From Verrucomicrobiota bacterium (GTDB lineage Bacteria; Verrucomicrobiota; Verrucomicrobiia; Limisphaerales; Palsa-1400): a stretch of 64,000 nucleotides of DNA. The first letter of the stretch is position 1, and each line of letters starts with the position of its first letter. This document shows, piece by piece, positions 46,185 through 54,770 of this stretch. The notes under the pieces are model-generated. The model worked only from the letters and a program-made list of their open reading frames with translations. It ran no database searches and was not told the origin of the DNA. The DNA lies in contig JBEKYR010000025.1 of the NCBI GenBank assembly GCA_049510745.1, positions 1,371 through 65,370 on the forward strand, read 5' to 3'. A program made the position numbers and the translations under genes.

Positions 46185-47549
46185 TTGAGTAGCACAAACT
46201 ATTCCAGAACGGAACAAGCGGAGTGGATGCGCGAGCGGGCGCAAGTCCGTCAGAGTCTGATACTGCCGCCGCCCCTCTTTCAACTGAGACAGAAGCTGGG
46301 CCAAAAGGCCAAACAGGAACCCAAGTATCGGTTCTACACGCTCTATGGGCGCATCTGTGAGAGGCAGACGCTCGTGGCGGCTTGGGACCAGGTGCGAGCC
46401 AATGGCGGCGCCCCTGGCGTAGATGGGATGAGTATAGAAGGGGTGGAAAAGTCCGAAGGCGGGCTGGAACGGTTTCTCAACGAGATCGAGACGGAACTGC
46501 GCCGGAAGACTTACCGCCCCAAGCCGGTCAAGCGGGTATATATCCCCAAGGCCAATGGGAAACTGAGACCGCTGGGCATACCGACGGTACGCGACCGGGT
46601 CGTCCAGATGGCGGCATTGCTGATTCTGGAGCCGATCTTTGAAGCGGACTTCGAGGAATGTTCCTACGGGTTTCGGCCGGGGCGCTCGGCGCACTTGGCG
46701 TTGCGGGAAATCCAAGAACATCTGCAAGCCGGTTACTGCGCGGTGTATGATGCAGACCTCAAGGGCTACTTCGATACGATACCGCACGACAAGCTCATGG
46801 CGTGCGTGCGGATGAGAGTGGTGGACCGGTCGGTGCTGCGCCTGATACGGATGTGGCTGGAAGCTCCGGTGGTGGAGAAGAAGGACGGAGGCCCGCCCAC
46901 AGTCAAGCGCAACGACCGGGGGACACCGCAGGGCGGAGTCATTTCGCCCCTGCTGGCCAACATTTACCTGCACTGGTTCGACACAGCGTTTCATCGTGCC
47001 GACGGGCCCGCCCAATGGGCCAAGGCCAAGTTGGTGCGGTATGCGGACGACTTTGTCGTGCTGGCGCGGTATCAAAGCCAGCAGCTACGAGGTTTCATTG
47101 AGGCCAAGCTGGAAGGGTGGCTGGGACTGACGGTGAACCGGGCAAAGACGCGCGTGGTGGAATTGAAAGAACCCAAGGCCAGCCTGGACTTTCTGGGCTA
47201 CACCTTTGGGTTCAACCGAGACCTTCACGGCGGAGGGCACCGGTATCTGAACCTGGAACCATCGGCCAAGGCGCTGGCCCGCGAGCGGGAGGCGTTGCGG
47301 CAGATGACCGGGCCGGAACAGTGCTTCACGCCATTGCCCGAACTTATTAAGAGGATCAACCGGCACCTGCGAGGATGGGGGAAGTATTTCAGTCTGGGGT
47401 ATCCGCGCAAGGCGCGTCGGCACATCAACTCGTATGTTCGGCAACGGCTGACGTATCATCTCCAGCGCAGGAGTCAGCGCGGCTACCGCCCGCCAGCGGG
47501 GTCGAGCTTCTACGACCATCTCAACCGAATGGGGTTAATTTACCTGTGA
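46185..47549 (+). CDS. Group II intron reverse transcriptase/maturase (no En domain)
   Basis: Contains [74 protein letters not shown] (YADD) and the X domain [13 protein letters not shown]. There is no HNH tail. The track start is TTG at 46185; the first ATG is at 46227. Confidence 0.9.
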   Translation: MSSTNYSRTEQAEWMRERAQVRQSLILPPPLFQLRQKLGQKAKQEPKYRFYTLYGRICERQTLVAAWDQVRANGGAPGVDGMSIEGVEKSEGGLERFLNEIETELRRKTYRPKPVKRVYIPKANGKLRPLGIPTVRDRVVQMAALLILEPIFEADFEECSYGFRPGRSAHLALREIQEHLQAGYCAVYDADLKGYFDTIPHDKLMACVRMRVVDRSVLRLIRMWLEAPVVEKKDGGPPTVKRNDRGTPQGGVISPLLANIYLHWFDTAFHRADGPAQWAKAKLVRYADDFVVLARYQSQQLRGFIEAKLEGWLGLTVNRAKTRVVELKEPKASLDFLGYTFGFNRDLHGGGHRYLNLEPSAKALAREREALRQMTGPEQCFTPLPELIKRINRHLRGWGKYFSLGYPRKARRHINSYVRQRLTYHLQRRSQRGYRPPAGSSFYDHLNRMGLIYL

Positions 47550-47574
47550 ATGCCTGCGGCGACAGACTGCATGA

Positions 47575-47607
47575 GAGCCGGATGCGGAAAAGCCGCACGT
47601 CCGGTTC
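47575..47607 (+). ncRNA. Group II intron domain V
   Basis: GAGCCGGATGCGGAAAAGCCGCACGTCCGGTTC folds with the AGC catalytic triad at nt 2-4, a 2-nt AC bulge on the 3' strand and an A-rich terminal loop. Confidence 0.85.
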
Positions 47608-47669
47608 GACGAGGGGGAGGGGAGCGGCGGTCATTGACCTTCGGGCCTTTCAACCCGTGCTTTCCCTCT

Positions 47670-47960
47670 CTACTCTACTGTGTCGCATCTAATTTTTGGT
47701 TGGTATCTCCACTCCCTAAGAGCTTCGGGGAAGTTGCCAGTCACCGAAGCTGTCATGCAGGCCTGGATATCCAATCCATCGGGAAGCTGAAAGTCGGTCA
47801 AGGTCTTGGCGCGCGTGAGGGGAATGGCGCAATTGAGCACCTGCCGGTTCTTGCCAAGCACTTGAAGACATTTGGAAAATGCGTTTTCGGTGTGCTCGGC
47901 GCCCGGGAGTGAAATCGCGTCCCATCGTTCTGGAAGTTTTTCATTTTGTTGCGTCATCAT
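47670..47960 (-). CDS. Hypothetical N-terminal ORF whose stop lies in the intron 3' terminus (possible 5' half of the interrupted gene)
   Basis: The ATG-ATG at 47960/47957 gives MMTQQNEKLPERWDAISLPGAEHTENAFSKCLQVLGKNRQVLNCAIPLTRAKTLTDFQLPDGLDIQ... The TAG at 47672..47670 lies within or at the predicted intron end. Confidence 0.4.
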   Translation of the reverse strand: MMTQQNEKLPERWDAISLPGAEHTENAFSKCLQVLGKNRQVLNCAIPLTRAKTLTDFQLPDGLDIQACMTASVTGNFPEALREWRYQPKIRCDTVE

Positions 47961-47968
47961 GTTTCTGC

Positions 47969-48047
47969 GAGAGGTGAAGGGCGTGCAGACAGGACGGCGC
48001 CAGCCCTCCGCCGTCAAGGACGGTCGGGTGGGGAACCATGAGGAAAC
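47969..48047. repeat. Repeat family C, copy 1 (about 80 bp)
   Basis: gagaggtgaagggcgtgcagacaggacggcgccagccctccgccgtcaaggacggtcgggtggggaaccatgaggaaa. Confidence 0.8.
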
Positions 48048-48247
48048 GACCCTTGGTGTTGTCAATTCTGTCCGCATGTTGTCAAGTATGCGTTTGGCGT
48101 AAGCCATGTGCATGTCACACCAGCCGACGAGGTTCCTCTTCCTGCCTCGCAGGCTGTGAACGGGGGAAAATCTGCTGGGTCCAGGCGTGCAGCTCGGATC
48201 CGAACGACTTCAGGCTGACAAGTTTCGGCGAAAATCAATGGCTCTGG

Positions 48248-48385
48248 GAGAGGTGAAGGGCGTGCAGACAGAACGGCACCGGCCCTACGCCGCCAAGGAG
48301 GTCGGGTGGTTAACGAAATCCGTGAGTCAAGGCGCTGGAAAATCTTAATTGTCGTTCGCCAGTTGGGTGGGGAACCCTGAAGAAA
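48248..48385. repeat. Repeat family C, copy 2, carrying a roughly 55-bp insertion (48310-48363) flanked by GGGTGG
   Basis: gagaggtgaagggcgtgcagacagaacggcaccggccctacgccgccaaggaggtcgggtgg [ttaacg...cgccagt] tgggtggggaaccctgaagaaa. About 90 percent identity to copy 1 outside the insertion, by eye. Confidence 0.8.
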
Positions 48386-48682
48386 TACGCACAACGCAGG
48401 GCCATTCCTGAGCATCAGGTGATGGTAGTTCGCGCCCTAACAAAGCCGGCTCATTGAGCAGGCCACTGTTCGCCAATGGTCATGTACCCGGCTACGCGGC
48501 CCCGCTGTCCGGACCCTTTGGAGGTTTCGGAGTGGATTTACGCTGACCCCTCCTTTCGGATGCGGGACGTGTATGAGTGTCATCCGAAGGAAGACCCCCG
48601 GCAGGAGCACTTGGCATTTTGGTGGCGTTTGATTTCAGAATTCAGACTTGCACAAATCCTCAAATAAGTTGAGGATATGTGT

Positions 48683-49252
48683 ATGCCGAAGAAAAACGAT
48701 CCTTTCGCTGCTCTGATGACGGTCGCGCAAGACCAGCAAGGCTACTTTACCACCAAGCAGGCCATTGAGGCAGGGTACGCGGACAACACACACCCGTATC
48801 ACGTCCATGCGGGGAATTGGGAGCGCGTGTGCCGTGGCATCTACCGGATGGCGCATTTTCCGCCGCCAGAGGACGGGGAAATGATGGCCTGGCTGCTCTG
48901 GTCACGCGGACGGGATGAAAAGCCGGTGGCCGCGATGTCGCACCAAACCGCCCTCAGCCTGTTCGAGTTGGGTGATTTCAACCCGGCCAAAGTTCACATG
49001 AGCGTTCCAAAAACATTTCGTCGAAACAGCCCGACTCCCAAAGCGGTCGTGCTGCACCGGGCGACACTGGCACCCACCGAGGTCACGAGACTGCGCGGCC
49101 TGATGGTATGCCGCCCGCTGCGGGCGCTGTCTGACCTGGCCAGCACCAACCCTGACGCGGTCGCCAAAGCGCGGCGTTTAATCAAGCGTAAAGCGCCCGC
49201 CGGCGCGCGCGAAAGTGCGGGCCGGAGCCAGTCCCGACACGTCGGTTCGTAG
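48683..49252 (+). CDS. AbiEi-family antitoxin/transcriptional regulator (orphan; no AbiEii toxin gene follows)
   Basis: MPKKNDPFAALMTVAQDQQGYFTTKQAIEAGYADNTHPYHVHAGNWERVCRGIYRMAHFP...MSHQTALSLFELGD..VHMSVP...VVLHRATL...VCRPLRALSDL follows the AbiEi_4 pattern. GAGGA lies 7 nt upstream of ATG 48683; the track start is 48677. Confidence 0.7.
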   Translation: MPKKNDPFAALMTVAQDQQGYFTTKQAIEAGYADNTHPYHVHAGNWERVCRGIYRMAHFPPPEDGEMMAWLLWSRGRDEKPVAAMSHQTALSLFELGDFNPAKVHMSVPKTFRRNSPTPKAVVLHRATLAPTEVTRLRGLMVCRPLRALSDLASTNPDAVAKARRLIKRKAPAGARESAGRSQSRHVGS

Positions 49253-49337
49253 CGGGAAAGTCGATTATATTGCGCCTGCACTTCAAACTGAGGCCGCGGG
49301 ATGGCTCTGAGGCTCCGCGCGGAGGCAAGTCGGAATC

Positions 49338-50858
49338 TTACGGGATGGAAATCGAATGGTTGTGTGTCGGTTCCTTGCCGACAAGGTTGGCTGCGTCGCC
49401 CATCGCAATGGGGCTATTGCTCAGCCCGATGGCCGTGTGCTTGGGATGCAGGTATTCGGAGAAAGCGGCGCCAGGGTGTGCCCCATTGCCCACAAAGGCC
49501 AGATTGGCTGAAGCATTGGGTTCCTTGGTAATAATGTCCTGGAAAGACAGCGGTTTGCCCCTGCGTGCCATCATTTTGCGAACCCCGGCCAAAGGCATCG
49601 TGGCGCTGGCCAGGTAGTTCATAACGGCGGTATTGGTGCCCATCACCCATTCCGTTACGCCGCGCAGTTGGAAGTCTTTGACCATATCCACCACGGTTTG
49701 GTCGGCCAGTCGGGGATCTGCCAGGTCCAGAGCATTGACGAACCAGCCAGTGGCGGTGGCCCAATAACCACCGTTCTGATACGTGTCCTTGGCACAAGCT
49801 AAGTCCCAATACTGGCCGGCGGGAAGATGGCGGATCTGCCCACATTGCACGATCTCGCGGTAATGTCCTTTGAAATAGTTCGCGATCGTGCGGGCTTGTG
49901 CTGGCGTGGCCACCTCCAGGTAGATTGCGAAAGCTGAACCCCAAATATCTGGCTGTTTGCAAAAAGCCGTGGCCGCGCGAAACAGCCCGATTTTCTCATC
50001 CCAGAACGTCTCGCGAATCGCTGGCGCTAATCGATCGGCCTCGGTCCGCCAGCGCTTCGCGTCGTCGGAGCGCTTTCCTGCGTCCAAAAGGTCGGCCAAC
50101 TGGCGGCAGGCCTGGACGTAGAGCAGAGAGCAGAACAACTCATCACCCTGCTTGCGCACTGAATCGGTGAAGCCGTAAGGGCATCGGTCCCAGCCCTCTG
50201 GCTTGATGTAAACCAAGCCGGTGTTGGGGTTGCGCGGCGTTGCGCCCATCGTTTTAACGAGCTTGTCGAGGATCTGGTCCAAGAGCTTGCCGTCCTTTGT
50301 CTTTTGATAAGTGCACCACGCCACCTCCACGGTAAATTGGGAGCCGTCCGCGACGGGATTGTCTCCCATGCGGCCGTAGCCGGGCATGTAGATCGGCCGA
50401 CCGCTGAACATCACGCAATCGACACCAGCCCCATCTTCGCGCAACGCATCGATGAACACGCGGCACGAGTCAGTCAGTTCCTTGTCACTGAAGGCGTCGG
50501 CGCACCCTTCAAGCATGTAAGCATAATCGCGCAGCCAAAAAGCTTCGTAGCCGGCTCCAGCCTGCGGTGGAAACGCGGCCACACCGTTCGGCATTTCGCG
50601 GCGACTAGCTTTGATCATTGTTCTCGCTTTTATTTCCAGCCAGCGAACTGCGTCAAGCAGCGACTGCTCAGTCAAAGTGCGCTCGGCGCTGGTGTCCAAG
50701 CGTTCAGTGGCCGCCAGGCTCTGAGTCTGGGGCGTGTCCTTGGATTGAAAAACGAGCGCATGGGCGGATTCGACTACTGCCGGAAGCGGCGGCTCCGCCG
50801 CTAAGTGAGCCGCCAGGAAGCCGAGCGTCAGCGCAGGAATGAGTCGGTGGTCAGACAT
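49338..50858 (-). CDS. Secreted (alpha/alpha)6-barrel glycosidase-like protein
   Basis: 506 aa with a signal peptide. FWLRDYAYMLEG, NGGYWATATGWF and related motifs are typical of six-hairpin glycosidases. The family is not resolved. Confidence 0.65.
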   Translation of the reverse strand: MSDHRLIPALTLGFLAAHLAAEPPLPAVVESAHALVFQSKDTPQTQSLAATERLDTSAERTLTEQSLLDAVRWLEIKARTMIKASRREMPNGVAAFPPQAGAGYEAFWLRDYAYMLEGCADAFSDKELTDSCRVFIDALREDGAGVDCVMFSGRPIYMPGYGRMGDNPVADGSQFTVEVAWCTYQKTKDGKLLDQILDKLVKTMGATPRNPNTGLVYIKPEGWDRCPYGFTDSVRKQGDELFCSLLYVQACRQLADLLDAGKRSDDAKRWRTEADRLAPAIRETFWDEKIGLFRAATAFCKQPDIWGSAFAIYLEVATPAQARTIANYFKGHYREIVQCGQIRHLPAGQYWDLACAKDTYQNGGYWATATGWFVNALDLADPRLADQTVVDMVKDFQLRGVTEWVMGTNTAVMNYLASATMPLAGVRKMMARRGKPLSFQDIITKEPNASANLAFVGNGAHPGAAFSEYLHPKHTAIGLSNSPIAMGDAANLVGKEPTHNHSISIP

Positions 50859-51074
50859 TATGAACGTTGGTTGTAGTCCGATAATCAGGATCCGCCGGCA
50901 TTTTCATGGAAGCCTTGCCGTCCGAACTTGGGGCAGCGGCAACGCATGTGGATGGCCTCGGTCTCCTGACCCAAGACGGTGGCGGACGTTGGTCCAAGCG
51001 CTTCGCGCCGGACTTTGCGTCGCTGCCGCCGGATTGCAGTTTACCAACTCCAACATGCGGGCGAGGAAGGGCGG

Positions 51075-52079
51075 CTATTGGGAGCCCGCCGTTGAACCCG
51101 ATTTTAATGCGCTGCAATTGAACGGCGTTAGCGCTGTTTGATCGAAATCCCACTGTTTGTTGATCACTGGCGCGAGAATACGCTGGATCTCGGCTACCAA
51201 GGCAGGGTCGTACGGTTCCTCATGCCACGCAACGTTACGGCGGACAGACTCGGAACGGGAGCTGCTGAATAGGGTGGTTGGGAGATGCGGGTGTTGGCTG
51301 GAGAATTGAAGAGCGAGCTTGCTGATCGGGGCTCCGTGCTGGTCACAGAACACACTAGCGCGACGAAACAGGCTGCGGTCCGCCTCAGAGGCTGGATGCC
51401 AATGAGGGGCTTCTCGCCCGGTGAGAAGGCCGCTGGCAAACGGCGAACCGTTGATAATGCCGATATTCTTTTGCCGCGCCAGAGGAAGCAACTCAATCAT
51501 CCGAAGGTCCGCTAACGTCCAGTGATTATGGACCAGCGCGGCATCGATCGGCTCTTCCCGAAAGATGCGAAGCCACAGTTCCATCGGATAAATGCCGCAG
51601 CTCACATTGCCAATCCTGCCTTCTCGCTTCAGTTCCAGCAGCGTCGCTACGCCTTCGGTCAGCGCCCATTTAACGTGCTTGCGATGTTCGTATTCAAAGT
51701 CGTGAAGGTGGACAATGTCGAAGTAATCGGCGCCCAAGCGACGAGCGCTCTCGTCGAGCGAGGCGCGAATTCGAGTGCATGAGTAATCAAACGTGTCCTC
51801 GCCGTAACTGCCAGGTTGAGTGTGCTTGCCGACTTTGGTGGAGAGGTAATAGCGGTCACGCGGGATGCCTTCAAGCGCCTTTCCCAACACCGTTTCGGCC
51901 CGATCGCCCCCATAGGCAGGCGACACATCAAAGTAATTGATGCCCAAATCCAGCGCAGTGTGGACGGCGCGAATGCCTTCCGCTTCGTCCACCTGGCCAT
52001 AGACGCCGCCCAGCGCGGACGCGCCGAAGCTTAAACAAGAAACCTTCAAACCGGTTTTGCCGAGGAGATTGTATTTCAT
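51075..52079 (-). CDS. Aldo/keto reductase (candidate L-fucose / aldose 1-dehydrogenase)
   Basis: Contains MKYNLLGKTGLKVSCLSFGASALGGVYG..GINYFDVSPAYGGDRAETVLGKAL. Confidence 0.9.
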   Translation of the reverse strand: MKYNLLGKTGLKVSCLSFGASALGGVYGQVDEAEGIRAVHTALDLGINYFDVSPAYGGDRAETVLGKALEGIPRDRYYLSTKVGKHTQPGSYGEDTFDYSCTRIRASLDESARRLGADYFDIVHLHDFEYEHRKHVKWALTEGVATLLELKREGRIGNVSCGIYPMELWLRIFREEPIDAALVHNHWTLADLRMIELLPLARQKNIGIINGSPFASGLLTGREAPHWHPASEADRSLFRRASVFCDQHGAPISKLALQFSSQHPHLPTTLFSSSRSESVRRNVAWHEEPYDPALVAEIQRILAPVINKQWDFDQTALTPFNCSALKSGSTAGSQ

Positions 52080-52136
52080 GGGGCGATGGCTGAACTGATT
52101 CCAAGGGGTCTTCCGTGCGTGTGAGTTTGTTTGGGC

Positions 52137-52577
52137 CTACTTTTTCTTCTTTCGCGGTGATGGTTTTTCGAGATACCACCGCCCGTCGGTGCCGGAAATC
52201 AACAAGACGTTGGCATAGGCCGTGAAATCCCCCGTGCGGATGATCGTTTTCACGTCCCGACTGCGCGTTTTGAATTCCGAGTGGGGAATAACCTCGACTG
52301 CGACGTTGTCGCCGAACGACTTGGCGACTTTGTCGAAGTGCGTGGGATTGTGCTCCCGAGTCTCTCGCGCCATCACGATTTTTTCCACGGAGTGGACCTT
52401 CCGCAGCTCCGCCAGCACGTCGAGCACTCGCGGAACCCCCTGCGACAACGCGATGTCGATCAGTTCCACTTGGTCCGGACACGGAAACCCCGCATCGACC
52501 ACCATCAAGGCATCCATGTGCCCTTGGCGATTGAGGGCAGAATCGATCTGCCCGTTTATCATTCCTACTTCCTTCAT
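52137..52577 (-). CDS. RbsD/FucU-family sugar mutarotase (pyranase)
   Basis: INGQIDSALNRQGHMDALMVVDAGFPCP...IIRTGDFTAYANVLLISG matches the RbsD/FucU pattern. Confidence 0.85.
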   Translation of the reverse strand: MKEVGMINGQIDSALNRQGHMDALMVVDAGFPCPDQVELIDIALSQGVPRVLDVLAELRKVHSVEKIVMARETREHNPTHFDKVAKSFGDNVAVEVIPHSEFKTRSRDVKTIIRTGDFTAYANVLLISGTDGRWYLEKPSPRKKKK

Positions 52578-52632
52578 AATAATTCCAGTATCATCGTTTG
52601 ATGGACTCCCGTTTCACACACTGCGCCCGGCA

Positions 52633-53802
52633 TCAAAACCTGACGGTGGTTTCAAGCGTCACCTTATGATGCTTTTCCCAGGAAGACTTGAATCGTGCAT
52701 AATCAGCCCTGGTTTCGAAGACCTGGCTGTCATTCCATAAAACGCGCCAGTCGCCATCGGCTTCCGGCCAGAGGAAAACCTGCCCCCAAATCAGCCGGTT
52801 ATTCGCGTCGATCCCCGGATGCGCCGGCGTGCCATCGCCAGAGATTCGCAGCATCTGCTCCGGGGTAAGCAGGTCCTCCACCGCCGCCTTGAGATTCTCC
52901 AACATCCAATCGGAGCGAGTGGACATGGCCACATATCCGCCACTCTTCTTCTCGCGCTGGGCGGCCCAGTTGAGGCAGACGCGCGCAGGGGCGACCCCGA
53001 GCTCACGGGCGATCTCCTGGACCACCGGGTCCATCATGTCTGCGCGATGTTCCTTGAACGTATCCCGCGCCGGCCGGCGGGGAGACCCCAGCGACATATA
53101 GCCGGTGCAGACAATCCCTTCCGATTCAAAATACCGCCTCAATTCCGTCTGCTGGAACAACGGATGCATTTCCATCTGGTTGAGGACGGGGCGCTCGGCT
53201 TTTGAAACATCCCGGAGGAGAAGCCGCATCGTGGCCAAGGTGTGATTCGACGTGCCGATATCTACGACCTTCCCAGCCTTCTTGAGACGCACAATCTCGC
53301 TCCACATTTCCATGAATTGTTCGTGGATATAGGGCACAGCGTCAGGGTTGCGGTGCTCGCCCGTGCAGCCGGGCTTATGCACGTTCGGCCATGGCCAGTG
53401 GTTGAGGTACAGATCAATCTTGTCCACGCCGAGCGCTTTGAGCGTCGCATCCAGGGCGGGGGCCACGTCTTTGGCGGCCATGTGGCCATTCCAAAGCTTC
53501 CCGGTTATGAAAAGCTCTTTGGAAGAGGAGATATGGCCCGCGCGGATCGCTCCGCGGATCGCTTCGCCCACCACCGCCTCGTTCTCGTAGGCGCGCGCCG
53601 TGTCCAGGTGGCGCCAGCCCAACCGGATCGCCTCAAGCGTGGCGTCCTTCATGTGGGCCTGCGCCCAATCGGAATGAAACGTGCCAAACGCAGCCACGGG
53701 CATCATCACGCCACTGGCCAGCTTGACCTTATGAACGGTTTCCGGGCCGATCCCCTTCAGACTTCGGTCGAAACAAACCTGCTCGATCTCTGAACTCTTC
53801 AT
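52633..53802 (-). CDS. Aldo/keto reductase with about 80-aa C-terminal extension
   Basis: Contains GWRHLDTARAYENEAVVGEAI...LFITGKLWN...IDLYLNHWP. The track start at 53808 is GTG; ATG at 53802 gives MKSSEIEQ. Confidence 0.85.
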   Translation of the reverse strand: MKSSEIEQVCFDRSLKGIGPETVHKVKLASGVMMPVAAFGTFHSDWAQAHMKDATLEAIRLGWRHLDTARAYENEAVVGEAIRGAIRAGHISSSKELFITGKLWNGHMAAKDVAPALDATLKALGVDKIDLYLNHWPWPNVHKPGCTGEHRNPDAVPYIHEQFMEMWSEIVRLKKAGKVVDIGTSNHTLATMRLLLRDVSKAERPVLNQMEMHPLFQQTELRRYFESEGIVCTGYMSLGSPRRPARDTFKEHRADMMDPVVQEIARELGVAPARVCLNWAAQREKKSGGYVAMSTRSDWMLENLKAAVEDLLTPEQMLRISGDGTPAHPGIDANNRLIWGQVFLWPEADGDWRVLWNDSQVFETRADYARFKSSWEKHHKVTLETTVRF

Positions 53803-53807
53803 AGTCA

Positions 53808-54770
53808 CTACTGAACTCCTTTATTTGTGTTGTTGATATTGTTTGTACGGTCACGCCCCCGGGTCTCCGCAAAGGCGTCTGCCAGTTCTTTGGGCAGGAG
53901 AGGCACCGCGCCGGCTTGCGAACAAACGAAAGCCGCCACGCGGTTGGCCAGTTCCTGGAGCCGGGTCAGTTCCAGGCCGCGGAGGCACCCGACCGTGACG
54001 GCCGCGGTGAAGGCGTCGCCGGCCCCGACGGTGTCAACCACGTTTGCCGGGCAACCCGGATGGCTTTCATCCCCTGCGGCCGAGAGCAGCCGGCTGCCCT
54101 GCTCTCCCCGGGTGTAAACCACCAGGTCCAAGTCGAACCGCTTGCGGAGGGCCCGCAACCGGTCGGTTTCGTTCCCCGCCAGGCCGAGGATCTCTGCCAA
54201 CACCGGCAACTCCGCATCATTGAGTTTCAAAACATCGGCCAGTTCCAGCGAGTCAATAATGACTGGGGCGGAAATGAAAGGAGGCCTGAGGTTGATATCG
54301 AAAACCTTCAAACAGCCCGGGCGTAGCGCGCACAGGAAACTGCCGATCCCCTCCCGACTACGCGGATCACGCTGCGCCAGGGAGCCAAAAACCACGGCGT
54401 CGGCCTCGCCCGCCAACTTTTCCCGCCCGGCGTCCATCGTTATAGCGTCCCATGCCGCCGGGGCGCGGATGGTGAAAGTCGGCACGCCAGAGGCGTCCAA
54501 TTGCACGTCCACCAAACCCGTCGGAAGATCGGGTCGCACTCTCACGCCGGTGGGGTCCACCCCCAGCACCTGCAACCGCCGTCGGATCTCCCAGCCGTCC
54601 GCGTCATCGCCCACCTCGCTGACAATCGCCCCGCGAGCCCCCAACTGGACGGCGTGAGCCACCACGTTGAGCGAAGCCCCGCCGATCGCCTTGCCGGAAG
54701 GCAACAGGTCCCACAGCACCTCGCCGATGCCGACACAGAGCGGGCGCGATCTGGGTAACTCAGTTGACAT
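53808..54770 (-). CDS. PfkB-family carbohydrate kinase
   Basis: Contains LCVGIGEVLWDLLPSG (N-terminal GG-like region) and VVDTVGAGDAFTAAV (ATP/anion-hole motif). Confidence 0.9.
   Translation of the reverse strand: MSTELPRSRPLCVGIGEVLWDLLPSGKAIGGASLNVVAHAVQLGARGAIVSEVGDDADGWEIRRRLQVLGVDPTGVRVRPDLPTGLVDVQLDASGVPTFTIRAPAAWDAITMDAGREKLAGEADAVVFGSLAQRDPRSREGIGSFLCALRPGCLKVFDINLRPPFISAPVIIDSLELADVLKLNDAELPVLAEILGLAGNETDRLRALRKRFDLDLVVYTRGEQGSRLLSAAGDESHPGCPANVVDTVGAGDAFTAAVTVGCLRGLELTRLQELANRVAAFVCSQAGAVPLLPKELADAFAETRGRDRTNNINNTNKGVQ

Larger units (their letters stand above)
45735..47685 (+). mobile_element. Bacterial group II intron (about 1.95 kb) with RT/maturase ORF in domain IV
   Basis: 5' GTGCGAACTGAAAGG at 45735, preceded by hairpin CCAGGCcaaGCCTGG plus TTGATC (an alternative GTGCG lies at 45708). 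RT ORF at 46185..47549. Canonical domain V at 47575-47607. The 3' end is near ..CCCTCTCTAC(TCTAC), at 47673-47688; the exact boundary is not resolved. Confidence 0.85.

Noticed and set aside
47990-48030. Stem GACGGCG/CGCCGTC in repeat family C as evidence for a structured RNA.
   Set aside because: The three substitutions in copy 2 all disrupt the pairing rather than compensating for it, so there is no covariation support.
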